Of a DNA stretch of 32,000 nucleotides, positions 31,893-32,000 are shown in pieces (position 1 is the first letter of the stretch; each line of letters begins with the position of its first letter). The notes below the pieces were generated by a model that worked only from the letters and a program-made list of their open reading frames with translations, searched no databases and was not told where the DNA came from. The position numbers were made by a program, and so were the translations under genes. Location of the stretch: the NCBI RefSeq assembly GCF_000009965.1, contig NC_006624.1, forward strand, positions 600,001-632,000, in the 5' to 3' direction. The stretch is from Thermococcus kodakarensis KOD1 (lineage in GTDB: Archaea > Methanobacteriota_B > Thermococci > Thermococcales > Thermococcaceae).

Positions 31893-32000
31893 ATGAGGAT
31901 AATCGTATCAACCGTTACCGGAGGGCTCGACGACAGGGTGAACCCGGCCTTTGGAAGAACGCCGACGTTCACGATCGTGGACGTTGAGAACGGAGAGATA
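31893..32000 (+). CDS. NifX/NifB-C-terminal-like protein, paralog 3 (5' part only; runs off window)
   Basis: The ATG at 31893 follows GGAGGTGA. My own translation is MRIIVSTVTGGLDDRVNPAFGRTPTFTIVDVENGEI, which parallels the 25275 protein. This ORF is not in the supplied track because it is open-ended. Confidence 0.7.
   Translation, partial: MRIIVSTVTGGLDDRVNPAFGRTPTFTIVDVENGEI

Noticed and set aside
1-32000. I looked for CRISPR repeats, tRNA or rRNA genes, IS elements or transposases, integrase genes and long terminal repeats.
   Set aside because: I found none by eye. There are no regularly spaced 25-37 nt repeats and no cloverleaf-like GC-rich segments in intergenic regions. No ORF has transposase or integrase motifs. 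A tRNAscan, Infernal or ISfinder run would be needed to be certain.

Overview
This is a gene-dense archaeal chromosomal segment, most likely Thermococcales. Supporting signs are GGTG-type Shine-Dalgarno sites, AT-rich TATA boxes about 25-35 nt upstream of starts, many 1-4 nt start/stop overlaps, a Thermococcales glycolytic motif, archaeal lipoboxes and moderately high GC. I found no rRNA, tRNA, CRISPR array or transposase.

About 40 CDS are supported, and most of them concern metals:
- a radical-SAM gene plus two MinD-family ATPases with inserted 2x[4Fe-4S] ferredoxin domains
- three NifX/NifB-C-like carrier paralogs; one carries a GW/RG-repeat tail and is followed by a small MPRG-type RG-rich membrane protein
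- feoA-feoA-feoB
- modABC-type molybdate/tungstate uptake, with a decayed modD
- a FecCD/BtuCD-type chelate ABC importer whose binding protein is fused to a molybdopterin-oxidoreductase-like domain, followed by a second such lipoprotein and a DUF364-like protein
- sufC-sufB/D

Other genes are GAPN, TldD/TldE, MazG, an RHH-PIN toxin-antitoxin pair, two ABC-2 exporters (one led by a beta-propeller protein), methyltransferases, TrmO and an MBL-fold protein.

The most interesting result is regulatory and comes directly from the sequence. A composite promoter module recurs in front of the MinD-ferredoxin pair, the NifX-like genes and (iron box only) the radical-SAM gene. It consists of the palindrome TGTGCATAYGCWCA, a TATA box and a DtxR/IdeR-like TTAGG-N4-CCTAA box. 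Related boxes sit in the feo/mod intergenic region. This ties these poorly characterised genes into one putative iron-responsive regulon, a Nif-like metallocluster-handling toolkit in an organism with no nitrogenase genes in view.

A second, unrelated AT-rich promoter element of about 52 bp is shared by the GAPN, chelate-ABC and modA promoters, and it brackets the GAPN gene as direct repeats. All family assignments come from motif reading by eye; no database search was possible.
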